This document shows positions 7,073 to 15,543 of a stretch of 32,000 nt of DNA, in pieces. Each line of letters starts with the position of its first letter. Positions within the stretch are counted from its first letter, which is position 1. Where the stretch lies: contig NC_016070.1 in NCBI RefSeq assembly GCF_000253055.1, positions 1,680,001 through 1,712,000 of the forward strand, written 5' to 3'. Made by a program: the position numbers and the translations under genes. Source of the DNA: Thermoproteus tenax Kra 1 (GTDB taxonomy: Archaea > Thermoproteota > Thermoprotei > Thermoproteales > Thermoproteaceae). A model generated the notes under the pieces. The model had not been told where the DNA came from. It saw only the letters and a program-made list of their open reading frames with translations, and searched no databases.

Positions 7073-8770
7073 TTATTTCTTCAATAATATTAATATTATA
7101 ACTAAAGTAAAAATAACTAATACTATAGATGTAATATAATTAATGTAGTGTGGAAGAACGGCCGCGACAGGAGGTGGAGGAGGCGTCAGCATGGAGACGT
7201 TCTGTGGAGGCGAGGCTATCACGTAGGACTTCTGAGCAGAGCACAATATATCGCCTATGGCGGCTGCGTACATGGACGCTTCTTGATACATATAGAGTGC
7301 TGTTACGATGTCCGAGTCCTCGTAATAGTCGCCGAACTGGATATAGCTGAGGGGTAGTATGTTGGGGGATCCACACGCGGCGGCCCTATATATGTTCTGA
7401 AGCGCCACTTGGCGAACTACCGGGGCTAGATCGGAGGCGCCGGGCGCATCGAGGGCGTTTTCGGCGAGTGCGATGGTATCAAGCGAAGCGGCGAGCGAGG
7501 CCAAATAATGGCCCTTGGAGTACAGCACCTGCGCCAGCGAGAAGTCCTGTTGCAGTTGATTTGATAGATCCATGGGCAGTTGAGAGCCGTAAGTAGTTGT
7601 TACATAGGAGTACATCACATAGGCGTATTCAAGGTAGGTTTCAGCCATATCTTGCACCGAGCTCTCGTTTATCACGCGGCCGTACGCCAGCCTCTGTGCG
7701 GCGTTGATCCACTGGGGCAGAGTTATAGCTCTTGTGTACATTAGAGCTATATCGGGGCTCGAGGAATTAGCCTCTTGATAAATTTGATATATTCTCTCAT
7801 AAATACCTATAATTATACCAAGATTATTCGATGTAATTGTTATATTTTTAATATAATTGTCATATTTATGAGCTAGATCGAGAGCCTCTCTGTAGAGCGC
7901 CGAGGAGCTCACAACGCCGCTGTTCAACTGGGAGGAGTAGTATTTGTATAAGCCCTGGAATATCAGAGAAGCTGCCGTGTAGTATTGGCCCTCACTGGCG
8001 AGACCGGATATCATGGACATATTAACATAGTTATTCGATGAGGATCCAGTTATATTTCTATATAATGATAAAATTTGTTCATAGAGATACTTACTTGTTT
8101 CATTAAAAATTTGTGTATTAAGGCTTGAGGAATTATATATATATGTTACATTGTATCCAGTCAAGTAATAGATGGCCTGTTGGAGAGTGGCCACAGGGAT
8201 AACTTTCACGCCGGTCACGCCGCGCGCCTCAGACTGTTCGCCCAGAGGCACTAGGACGTACTTTATTCCGTTCTGAGCCGCCGCTTGAACTTTATCTGAG
8301 ACGCCGCCAACCCAACCTATTGTCCCATCGGGCAGTATTATGCCGGTCATCGCAGTGTCGTTCTTCAACGGTATGCCCTTCATCAGAGCAAATAGCGCCG
8401 CCGCTATGTACCCGCTTGCCGAGGGGCCCCCGACGCTCGCCTCGACGCCTCTAACTCTGATCAATGCGGTGTAGTTGGCCGAAGGAGACCCGGCCAGCCT
8501 AGACGCCACATATAGGGCTACCTGCGCCGAGGGGCCAAACCCCTCGCCTGCCTCGGGCACGCCCGCTACGTAGACCCGCCCGTTTCCAGGCGATAGAAGC
8601 GTCACCTCTATGGGCACCACCGCGCCGCCACCACTCGAACTGACGGCTAGGGCGTTTATCGTGGTAGTCCCTACGACGACCATATGGGTCCCCGGCTTGA
8701 GAGACGAGAGCACGAGCGCCGGCGCGAGCGACGCTAAGATGACCACTAGGACGAGGTATAATTTGGACAT
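7073..8770 (-). CDS. Membrane-anchored Lon-type (S16) serine protease domain protein with a long Asn/Ser/Tyr-rich stalk
   Basis: N-terminal signal/TM segment MSKLYLVLVVILASLAPALVLS. The Lon proteolytic domain reads GGPSASGYIAAALFALM...AMTGIILPDGTIGWVGGVSDKVQAAAQNGIKYVLVP, with the Ser and Lys of the dyad present. Then come ~330 aa with many N-x-S/T sequons, a PPPPPV linker and a C-terminal TM segment IVLVIFTLVIILILLKK. Confidence 0.75.
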   Translation of the reverse strand: MSKLYLVLVVILASLAPALVLSSLKPGTHMVVVGTTTINALAVSSSGGGAVVPIEVTLLSPGNGRVYVAGVPEAGEGFGPSAQVALYVASRLAGSPSANYTALIRVRGVEASVGGPSASGYIAAALFALMKGIPLKNDTAMTGIILPDGTIGWVGGVSDKVQAAAQNGIKYVLVPLGEQSEARGVTGVKVIPVATLQQAIYYLTGYNVTYIYNSSSLNTQIFNETSKYLYEQILSLYRNITGSSSNNYVNMSMISGLASEGQYYTAASLIFQGLYKYYSSQLNSGVVSSSALYREALDLAHKYDNYIKNITITSNNLGIIIGIYERIYQIYQEANSSSPDIALMYTRAITLPQWINAAQRLAYGRVINESSVQDMAETYLEYAYVMYSYVTTTYGSQLPMDLSNQLQQDFSLAQVLYSKGHYLASLAASLDTIALAENALDAPGASDLAPVVRQVALQNIYRAAACGSPNILPLSYIQFGDYYEDSDIVTALYMYQEASMYAAAIGDILCSAQKSYVIASPPQNVSMLTPPPPPVAAVLPHYINYITSIVLVIFTLVIILILLKK

Positions 8771-8901
8771 GCCGTTGTCCCGATGACAAGAATAAAAAAG
8801 TTTCATGGCCTCGGCTGAGCAACGCTTCAGCGTAGGTCCAGGCGCTCACACATCGCCTAAGCCTGGATCATCACTTATTATGAGGAATTTCCGAGCGTTT
8901 T

Positions 8902-9642
8902 ATGATTGAGCTCGCCCGAGCCTTAGCTAGGAGTAGCTACGCAGTGGCGTTTACCGGAGCCGGCGTCTCGGCCGACTCCGGCATACCGACCTTCAGAGGG
9001 CCGGGCGGGCTCTGGTCGCGCTATAGGCCGGAGGAGCTCGCCACTCCGGAGGCATTCCTTCGGGATCCCCTCTTAGTCTGGGAATGGTATAAGTGGAGAC
9101 AAGAGCTGATCTATAGAGCTGCCCCAAATCCTGCTCACATAGCGTTGGCCAAGCTGGAGAAGATGGGAATCATCAAGTCCATAATAACTCAGAACGTCGA
9201 CGGCCTACACGAGAGGGCCGGCTCTCAGACGGTCGTGGAGCTGCACGGGAACATATGGAGGCTGAGGTGCATTAGATGCGGAGCCACCATGACGACGGAG
9301 AGGCCTGTAGACGTGATACCGCCGAGGTGTCCCAGATGTGGAGGACTCATGAGGCCGGACGTGGTATGGTTCGGCGAACGTCTGCCTGCCGGCGAGTGGG
9401 AAAAAGCTGTGGACCATGCGTCCAGGGCCGATATAATGTTGGTAGTCGGCACATCGGGCGCCGTATTTCCCGCCGCATATCTGCCGCGCCTAGCTAAAGA
9501 CAGGGGAGCCAAGATAGCGGTGATAGATCCCGGCGATACCGCTTTCGACGATATAGCTGATTTTAGAGTAAGGGAGCGCGCGGGAGAGGCTCTGCCCAAA
9601 CTGGTCGAATATGTCGAGGCCATCCTACGTGGTAGTCTTTGA
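8902..9642 (+). CDS. cobB: NAD-dependent protein deacylase (sirtuin, Sir2/CobB family)
   Basis: GAGVSADSGIPTFRG, TQNVDGLH and the Zn module CIRCG...CPRCGG are present, followed by VVGTS. A TATA-like cttattatg lies ~25 nt upstream of the ATG. Confidence 0.9.
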   Translation: MIELARALARSSYAVAFTGAGVSADSGIPTFRGPGGLWSRYRPEELATPEAFLRDPLLVWEWYKWRQELIYRAAPNPAHIALAKLEKMGIIKSIITQNVDGLHERAGSQTVVELHGNIWRLRCIRCGATMTTERPVDVIPPRCPRCGGLMRPDVVWFGERLPAGEWEKAVDHASRADIMLVVGTSGAVFPAAYLPRLAKDRGAKIAVIDPGDTAFDDIADFRVRERAGEALPKLVEYVEAILRGSL

Positions 9643-9994
9643 GTGCCCCGACGCGAGCGTCGACACGGGGGCCAAGCGCTTTGTCCTCAGACGGGGCCTC
9701 TACGCCTACGTGGGATCTTGTGGGGCCTCCTGTGTGAAGAGGATTACGAGACACCTCAGACGCCCCCTCAAGAGACACTGGCACGTGGATTTCCTTCCGT
9801 GCGCCCCGCTTCTCGCTGTAGTGTTTCGCCTTGACGAGAAGGAGCTGGCCCAACGCCTTTCTGCGAGGCTGGAGTATGTGCCGCGCTTTGGCTCCAGCGA
9901 CGACCCCCGCGCTCTCTCGCATCTGTTTAGGGTCCAGTCGCTACGCGAGCTTCTTGATGTGATAAGTACCCCCTCTGTTCACTATTCTCGCTAG
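9611..9994 (+). CDS. DUF123-type protein (GIY-YIG nuclease superfamily-like)
   Basis: GLYAYVGSCGASCVKRITRHLRRPLKRHWHVDFL and FGSSDDPRALSHLF match the DUF123 pattern (Y.YVGSA...R..RH....K.HWHIDYL...FG.SDC.C.SHLF), but here the Cys pair is replaced. The start lies 32 nt inside cobB. Confidence 0.65.
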   Translation: MSRPSYVVVFECPDASVDTGAKRFVLRRGLYAYVGSCGASCVKRITRHLRRPLKRHWHVDFLPCAPLLAVVFRLDEKELAQRLSARLEYVPRFGSSDDPRALSHLFRVQSLRELLDVISTPSVHYSR

Positions 9995-10675
9995 GCCCGC
10001 CTCAGCGAAGTATTTGGCGAACGCCACGCCCTCTTCGGCGAGCCTCAAGACATCGCCCTGACCGCGGGCGCATAATGCCATAGAGTAGGGGGTATCCTCG
10101 TCTAGACACTCAGCATAGGCCTTGGTTAATTTGTTTAATCTACGCTCCAGTTGTGATGCGTATTGAGCGGCCGTGGTCTCGGGCTCATGCGATGGATAGA
10201 CTGCGACATCGCCTAGAGCCCGGAGGAGGGCCATGACGCGTCTCAGAGCGTTCACGCTGACGATCCATCCGCCTATATCTCCCACGAATATCCCGGTCTC
10301 AAACCTATAGCATGTGTGTCCCCAAGTGTGGGATCCGCAGGGGACCACTTGGGCCGAGGCCTCCTCAAGGTCTAGCCATCCAGCGGCGATGCTGTAGAAC
10401 CGGCCTGGCACAGGCCTTGGCGCGGGCTCTACGGTGGGTGCGCCGGCCCTCTTGACCACTGCCTTGATGTATTCCGTGAATCGGACACTGTTGGTCAACA
10501 TGCCCACCTCGAAGGGGTTGGCTATCACTGCGCGCGGCCTTGACAAGAACAAGCCCGCTGTATGAGTGTAGTGGTGATGGGTCAAAACGACGTATTTGAC
10601 GTCAAGAGGTTCGGAGAGGTCCACCGCAACAGAGCCCAACAACCACGAAGCGCCTACTCTCTGAGGCCTCTCCAC
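9941..10675 (-). CDS. MBL-fold metallo-hydrolase
   Basis: VVLTHHHYTHTAG is a variant of the HxHxDH motif. Later His residues occur in PCGSHTWGH. GTG start. The 3' end overlaps the DUF123 gene by 54 nt. Confidence 0.7.
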   Translation of the reverse strand: MERPQRVGASWLLGSVAVDLSEPLDVKYVVLTHHHYTHTAGLFLSRPRAVIANPFEVGMLTNSVRFTEYIKAVVKRAGAPTVEPAPRPVPGRFYSIAAGWLDLEEASAQVVPCGSHTWGHTCYRFETGIFVGDIGGWIVSVNALRRVMALLRALGDVAVYPSHEPETTAAQYASQLERRLNKLTKAYAECLDEDTPYSMALCARGQGDVLRLAEEGVAFAKYFAEAGLARIVNRGGTYHIKKLA

Positions 10676-10705
10676 TTATTTATTTTCATTCCAAAAATAT
10701 TATCC

Positions 10706-11110
10706 ATGGCTGAGTGGTCGTCGCGGTTTATAAGAGACGCAAATAGGCTCTTCGGGCTTCCAGAGGGAGAGTTGAAAGATTTTATGGAAGTGATGGCCAA
10801 GGGCGATGCAGAGAGACTGGAGGAGTGGACGCGGCGGAACAACGTTGAGGAGGGCGACTTCTTGGTTCTGTCAGCTATGTACATCTTATACAAGACCGAG
10901 GAGAGAGTTTCGGGCATACTGGAGGGGCTTGAGCTTAAGGCGGACGAGGCCATAGCGCTCGCCGGGAGCCTAATGGCTCAGTTAGTGAACGGCATGGAGG
11001 CAGAGAATAGAGGCGCCATCATGGCACAGATACTTTTGACTGCGGCATTACAGATAGATGATAAAGAAATTAGAGAGAAAATAGCTGAAATTGCAAGAAA
11101 TTTTATTTAA
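10706..11110 (+). CDS. Hypothetical all-helical protein (134 aa)
   Basis: The start MAEWSSRF at 10706 is preceded by ttatttatttt ~25 nt upstream. The ORF-track extension to 10562 overlaps the MBL gene antisense. No motif recognised. Confidence 0.5.
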   Translation: MAEWSSRFIRDANRLFGLPEGELKDFMEVMAKGDAERLEEWTRRNNVEEGDFLVLSAMYILYKTEERVSGILEGLELKADEAIALAGSLMAQLVNGMEAENRGAIMAQILLTAALQIDDKEIREKIAEIARNFI

Positions 11111-11169
11111 TATAGACTCTATAAAAATAAAGGAACACAATACTTATAAATTATATAATAATGTGTCAT

Positions 11170-13014
11170 ATGGATAAACTAATAGCGATATCTATACTGA
11201 TACTGATAAGCGCTGTGGCGGTCTCCGCACAACCCCTATATATAACTTGTGCGGCATACGGGCTCTATCCAAGCAGTTTCACACATGTGATAATCTGGCT
11301 GCAGCTAAACAACGTGACTACGCCGAATGGGCTTTACTATCTGTTACAACAACAGTATTACAACCCGCAAAGCCCCTATTTCCACAAGTTTATAACACCG
11401 CAACAGTTTTCTGAATGGTATAGTCCGCCACAATATGTCTTTACATATATAGAAAACGTTCTTCAGAGCAATGGGCTGAGTATCTTGGGCACGTACCCAA
11501 TGGCGATTGTGGCATCGGGAAATGCATCAGCCGTAGACGGAGCTCTGTCTGCGCTGTCCTCAGCGCCGCAACAAATTTCTCAGTGGATAATCGCGGGCGA
11601 GTGCGTGCCCATTGGCTACTTCTCAAAGGGCCTGAGGTACAAGCCGGAGTATATCTATGTGCCTATGGACTCCGCGGTCAGAGCGGCCCTCAACGCTAAG
11701 AATTTCACATATCTAGGAGGAGTGCCGGCCCAACTGAAGATAAGAAATTTCGAGGTATGGCTACCTAGGGGCTTGCAGTATATCTACGACGAGATGCCGC
11801 TATTGTCGCAAGGAATAAACGGAGGTGGCGTCAAGATAGGCATTGTTGATGCATTCGGCGATGTCAACTTCACTTTGGCCGAGCAAGGCGTCTATCAAAA
11901 CACGGCGAGCAACGACCTCGATCTGTTTGACAAAGTATTCGGACTTCCGCCGGCCAACTTGACCGTAATATACCCCGTGGGAGTACCCACTGTAACCCCA
12001 TTTAATTACGGCGACGCGTTGGGCTGGTCCTACGAGACCGCGTTGGACTTGGAGTATGCGCACACTATGGCGCCGGGAGCCAGTCTCGTCTTGGCAGTAT
12101 CTCCGGACGCAGGCGATGACCTCTTCATAGCAGTTGAGTATTTAATAAACAACAGCATGGTTGACTTTATAAGCCTCAGTTGGGGCTTGCCAGAGGACGT
12201 TGTCTTGGCGCCTCCGCCGACGCCCCAGTTGCTCAGGGCGTATGACGAGGTATTCATGCAGGCGGCCGCCGAAGGGATAGGGGTGTTCGCCGCATCGGGG
12301 GACTGGGGCGCGTTCGACATCTTCTGGCAATATTTTGGGCTACCCATAGAGCCCAGCGTCATTTACCCGGCGAGCGACCCCTGGGTCACAGCGGTAGGAG
12401 GAACTTCTCTACAAGCCTATATGGCCAACGGCAACATAGTGAGGGTAGAGAGCGCGTGGAACTGGAACGCGTACTATATGTGGGGTAGCGGCGGCGGCTA
12501 CTCCTTTTTCTTCAACGAGACGCCCGGCCAACTTATAGCGCGCATAGCCTACGAGCGCCCTGTAATCTACGAGCCGACCCTCAGTGAATTATACGGCTAC
12601 AAGTACTTCTTCTATACTGTGGGCCATAGAGGCGTCCCCGACGTGGCCGCCGACGCTGATCCCTTCACAGGGGTTCTGATAGCAATTAATGGAAGCCTCA
12701 GCGGCTTGTGGGGAGGCACAAGCCTCGCCACGCCGCTGACTGCGGGGATGACCGCGACCGTACAGAGCGGTCTCTCGACTAGAATAGGCTATCTGGCCCC
12801 CACCTTGTATCTGATGTACAGCAAATACGGCAAAGGTGTATACCAATGGAACACGAGCATAAGCGCTTGGTCTCTCTTCCAAGGCTTAGGCGGTGCCCTC
12901 TTTCCTACATTTGGCGGCGAAAACGGCCTCTACAACGTCATAGTGGGCTCTTGGAACCCTGTGGACGGATTAGGACAATTGAATGTATATGGGCTGTACA
13001 GCGCACTGAGATAG
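11170..13014 (+). CDS. Secreted sedolisin-family (S53) serine-carboxyl peptidase with propeptide
   Basis: Signal peptide MDKLIAISILILISAVAVSA. Pro-kumamolisin-like prodomain (FITPQQFSEWYSP...). Catalytic-region motifs ETALDLEYAHTMAPGA and WGGTSLATPLTAGM (nucleophile Ser). Confidence 0.85.
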   Translation: MDKLIAISILILISAVAVSAQPLYITCAAYGLYPSSFTHVIIWLQLNNVTTPNGLYYLLQQQYYNPQSPYFHKFITPQQFSEWYSPPQYVFTYIENVLQSNGLSILGTYPMAIVASGNASAVDGALSALSSAPQQISQWIIAGECVPIGYFSKGLRYKPEYIYVPMDSAVRAALNAKNFTYLGGVPAQLKIRNFEVWLPRGLQYIYDEMPLLSQGINGGGVKIGIVDAFGDVNFTLAEQGVYQNTASNDLDLFDKVFGLPPANLTVIYPVGVPTVTPFNYGDALGWSYETALDLEYAHTMAPGASLVLAVSPDAGDDLFIAVEYLINNSMVDFISLSWGLPEDVVLAPPPTPQLLRAYDEVFMQAAAEGIGVFAASGDWGAFDIFWQYFGLPIEPSVIYPASDPWVTAVGGTSLQAYMANGNIVRVESAWNWNAYYMWGSGGGYSFFFNETPGQLIARIAYERPVIYEPTLSELYGYKYFFYTVGHRGVPDVAADADPFTGVLIAINGSLSGLWGGTSLATPLTAGMTATVQSGLSTRIGYLAPTLYLMYSKYGKGVYQWNTSISAWSLFQGLGGALFPTFGGENGLYNVIVGSWNPVDGLGQLNVYGLYSALR

Positions 13015-13043
13015 TTAAACTTTTTTAGGACTCCATACTTTTT

Positions 13044-13292
13044 GTGAAGGTGGTATTTTTGCTCTCTTTTTTAAAGAGCTCTGAGGGAACGCTTGAGTAT
13101 ATATGTGGTCTCCCTGAGGTGCAGGAAGTGTATGAATTGCACACGGGACACGTGATGATCAAGGCGCGCGTAGACAGTATAGCGGATCTTAGGAGGTTGC
13201 TGGCCTCTATGCGCAAGAGCGGTGGAGTTCTCAGAGTTGATTATATGATCGTGAGGCCTCGTAGGCTCTCTTCAGCAGATACCTTCTGTTAA
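13044..13292 (+). CDS. Small Lrp/AsnC-type ligand-binding (RAM) domain protein without an HTH
   Basis: PEVQEVYELHTGHVMIKARVDSIADLRRLL fits the Lrp/AsnC C-terminal domain pattern. GTG start. The last 62 nt overlap the convergent transporter gene. Confidence 0.55.
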   Translation: MKVVFLLSFLKSSEGTLEYICGLPEVQEVYELHTGHVMIKARVDSIADLRRLLASMRKSGGVLRVDYMIVRPRRLSSADTFC

Positions 13293-13932
13293 GGTACACG
13301 ATCCCGACCACGGCCGGCGTCAGAGACAGCTTGGCTGCCAGAAGGCCCAGCACCGTCTGCCAGAACACATTGGGCGGCAAGGCGCCCCAGAAAGCTACGG
13401 GCATGAACACCATAGTGTCCACGGCCATGGCCGCAGGGTCCGAGTAGAGGACTCTCTTCCACACAGCGCCGCCCACTCTGGAGATTACATAGGCATCTAG
13501 AGTCTCGGCGGCTAGATACGCTATGGGGGAGGCCGCCGCAATTCTCGCAGTCGTGGAGAACACCGTCTCATATTGAGCATTGGAGCCCACAGCAGAGGGC
13601 AACAACAAGACGACCTGGTTTACCGCGGTGATCAAGAACTGCGAGAGGAAGCCCGCTAAGACGACGTTGCGGGCGAAGCGGAAGCCCTCTCTGAGCGTTA
13701 TTATATCCAGCATGGCGACAGTGGCTACATAGGTCATAGTCCCCGCCGGGACCACGAAGCCCAGATAATACGTCAGTTTGGACGCGGCATACTGTGAGAT
13801 AGTCAGCAGGACCATGTAGAATGCCATCGCCAGAGTCGTCGGATCGATCTTGAGGACGTCTAACAAAAGCCTATAGAACAACGCAGTCAGCCCGAACACA
13901 GCCACCGCCCAGAGAACTAGCTCCGCCAACAC
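13231..13932 (-). CDS. YhhQ/VUT-family membrane protein (putative 7-deazaguanine/queuosine-precursor transporter)
   Basis: A polytopic membrane protein with family-like acidic motifs (AAETLDAYVISRV, AMAVDTMVFMPVAFWG). GTG start with aaaatttttatcc ~25 nt upstream. Confidence 0.6.
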   Translation of the reverse strand: MLAELVLWAVAVFGLTALFYRLLLDVLKIDPTTLAMAFYMVLLTISQYAASKLTYYLGFVVPAGTMTYVATVAMLDIITLREGFRFARNVVLAGFLSQFLITAVNQVVLLLPSAVGSNAQYETVFSTTARIAAASPIAYLAAETLDAYVISRVGGAVWKRVLYSDPAAMAVDTMVFMPVAFWGALPPNVFWQTVLGLLAAKLSLTPAVVGIVYLNRRYLLKRAYEASRSYNQL

Positions 13933-13991
13933 GGCAGGCTTATTCGGACAGGATAAAAATTTTCCGCACTCCGCCGGGCCCGTCGTTGTAG

Positions 13992-14798
13992 TTAAAGGAG
14001 CTCCACCTCCGCCATTTCGACTAGACCTGCCCTCTTGGCTCTGGCCAGGAGCTCTCTCAAGGCCTCCTCGCCGCGTCTCCCCATATCTCTTGTGTACTCG
14101 TTGACATACATCCTCACAAACTTGGCCACGTCATCTAGGGGGAGCCCTCTCGAGAATTTGGCCGCATAACTCATGGCCTCATCGGGGTGGGCCTCTGCAT
14201 ATTTTATAGACAGAGATAACAGCTCCTCCAACTCTCTGGCAGTCTCAGGGCCCAGATCCTTCCTCACTACGTCCACGCCCAGAGGAGTGGGCAACCCGGT
14301 CTCTCTGTGCCACCACTCGCCCAGATCAACTAATTTCCTGAGGCCGAACCTATCGTAAGTTATCTGGCCCTCATGGATCACGACGCCCGCATCAACAACG
14401 CCGGAGATCACAACGTCGAATATCCTATCAAACGGCACCTCGACGGTCTTGACGTCCGGCATAGCGAGCCTCAGAAGGAGCGTCGCGGTCGTGTATCTGC
14501 CGGGCACCGCCACTAGCTTGGGCCGTTCCCCGCCACGAGCCACGACGATGGGACCGTAGCCGTCTCCCATGGAGGCTCCGACGCGCAGGACGTAATAACG
14601 GTCTGTGAAACCCAGGGCCCCCGCGCTCAACGCCGTGAAGTCTAGGCGCGCTCCGGCCACCGCGAGCTTGTTTAGCGTCTCAATATCTGCGAGTAGCTCT
14701 CTGAACACAAAACGGCTCTTTACGGCGCCCGAGGTTATACCGTAGAACATAAATGCGTCGTCGGCGTCCGGCGAGTGGGCCACGACTATCTCTTGCAT
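13992..14798 (-). CDS. mqnD: 1,4-dihydroxy-6-naphthoate synthase (MqnD-like, futalosine pathway)
   Basis: The N-terminal VVAHSPDADDAFMFYGI resembles the MqnD HSPCPNDTF.F motif (MqnA/MqnD periplasmic-binding-protein fold). The ATG at 14798 is preceded by GGAG. The longer ORF start at 14888 overlaps mqnA. Confidence 0.7.
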   Translation of the reverse strand: MQEIVVAHSPDADDAFMFYGITSGAVKSRFVFRELLADIETLNKLAVAGARLDFTALSAGALGFTDRYYVLRVGASMGDGYGPIVVARGGERPKLVAVPGRYTTATLLLRLAMPDVKTVEVPFDRIFDVVISGVVDAGVVIHEGQITYDRFGLRKLVDLGEWWHRETGLPTPLGVDVVRKDLGPETARELEELLSLSIKYAEAHPDEAMSYAAKFSRGLPLDDVAKFVRMYVNEYTRDMGRRGEEALRELLARAKRAGLVEMAEVELL

Positions 14799-14820
14799 AA
14801 CTCCGTGGGCGTGCGCCTTA

Positions 14821-15543
14821 TTAACTTTTCCAGAAGCGGAGCGGGGGAAGACCCAGTATCTCGGCCTCCCTTTTGATGGCTTCCACAATAGAGTCGTTGA
14901 CGAGGTAGCGAGAGCGGGAGAAGTACTCCTCTATAAGCTCAAGTCTCACTGAAAGCCTCTTGGCAACCGCCTCTACGAGGGGCCTCGGGTTCTCGTAGAA
15001 CGCGGCGACTGAGTTCTCCATCTCTCTAATGGCCTCTTCAAGGCCGCGGGCCCCGGGTCTGGCCACCAAAACGGCGAAGACCAACGGTAGGCCAGTCCTC
15101 TCCCACCAGAGCTCGCCGACATCCACTATATGAGGGATACCTGAGTCGGCCATCTTCAACGCCTCATCGCCGACGACAAGCACGCCGGCCCGCTCGCGTA
15201 GAGCGGCCCATGGGTCGGGGCATCTATCGAACCTCAAGCCCATCAACATTGAGAGAGCTCTGGCCGCCACAGTGGTATCGTTCACAGCGCAAGGGGGCCC
15301 GGCCCCGCTTCCCTTGAAGAGCCGCACCGATATTATCGGTCCCACGCTGTATATAGCCAGGCGCGGGACTATAGGCAATTGCATCTCTGCGGCCATAGTT
15401 ATGGGCACGAAGCCTATGTCTGCAACGCCTCCCTCTATGAGCTTAGCGGCCTCCAAGTTGCCCGCCTCGATGACGTCGAGCTTGGCTCTCCAGAACAGAG
15501 GATCGCTGTGCGCATACTTGATTCTCACAACTTTCACAGCCAT
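14821..15543 (-). CDS. mqnA: Chorismate dehydratase (MqnA-like)
   Basis: MAVKVVRIKYAHSDPLFW...GGVADIGFVPI fits the MqnA family pattern. The start at 15543 overlaps the upstream radical-SAM stop by 10 nt. The ORF-track N-terminal extension is Arg/Gly-rich out-of-frame overlap and is unlikely to be real. Confidence 0.7.
   Translation of the reverse strand: MAVKVVRIKYAHSDPLFWRAKLDVIEAGNLEAAKLIEGGVADIGFVPITMAAEMQLPIVPRLAIYSVGPIISVRLFKGSGAGPPCAVNDTTVAARALSMLMGLRFDRCPDPWAALRERAGVLVVGDEALKMADSGIPHIVDVGELWWERTGLPLVFAVLVARPGARGLEEAIREMENSVAAFYENPRPLVEAVAKRLSVRLELIEEYFSRSRYLVNDSIVEAIKREAEILGLPPLRFWKS

Noticed and set aside
8499-8849. ORF 8499..8849 (-), 116 aa
   Set aside because: It is out of frame over the N-terminus of the Lon-like gene and its promoter, and its translation is Arg/Gly-rich.
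8902-9642. The Sir2 domain as a defence-system effector (Thoeris/DSR-like)
   Set aside because: The protein is a short canonical sirtuin with the Zn-ribbon and a complete NAD/acyl-lysine motif set. It has no fused sensor or partner (HerA, pAgo, TIR) nearby.
10562-10705. N-terminal extensions of several track ORFs (10562.., 6570.., 6607, 13992..14888, 14821..15741, 15534..16748, 4575..5090, 7073..8806)
   Set aside because: The extensions overlap neighbouring genes or promoters and have non-protein-like composition. Internal Met or GTG codons with TATA-like boxes ~25 nt upstream, or start/stop overlaps, give better gene models.
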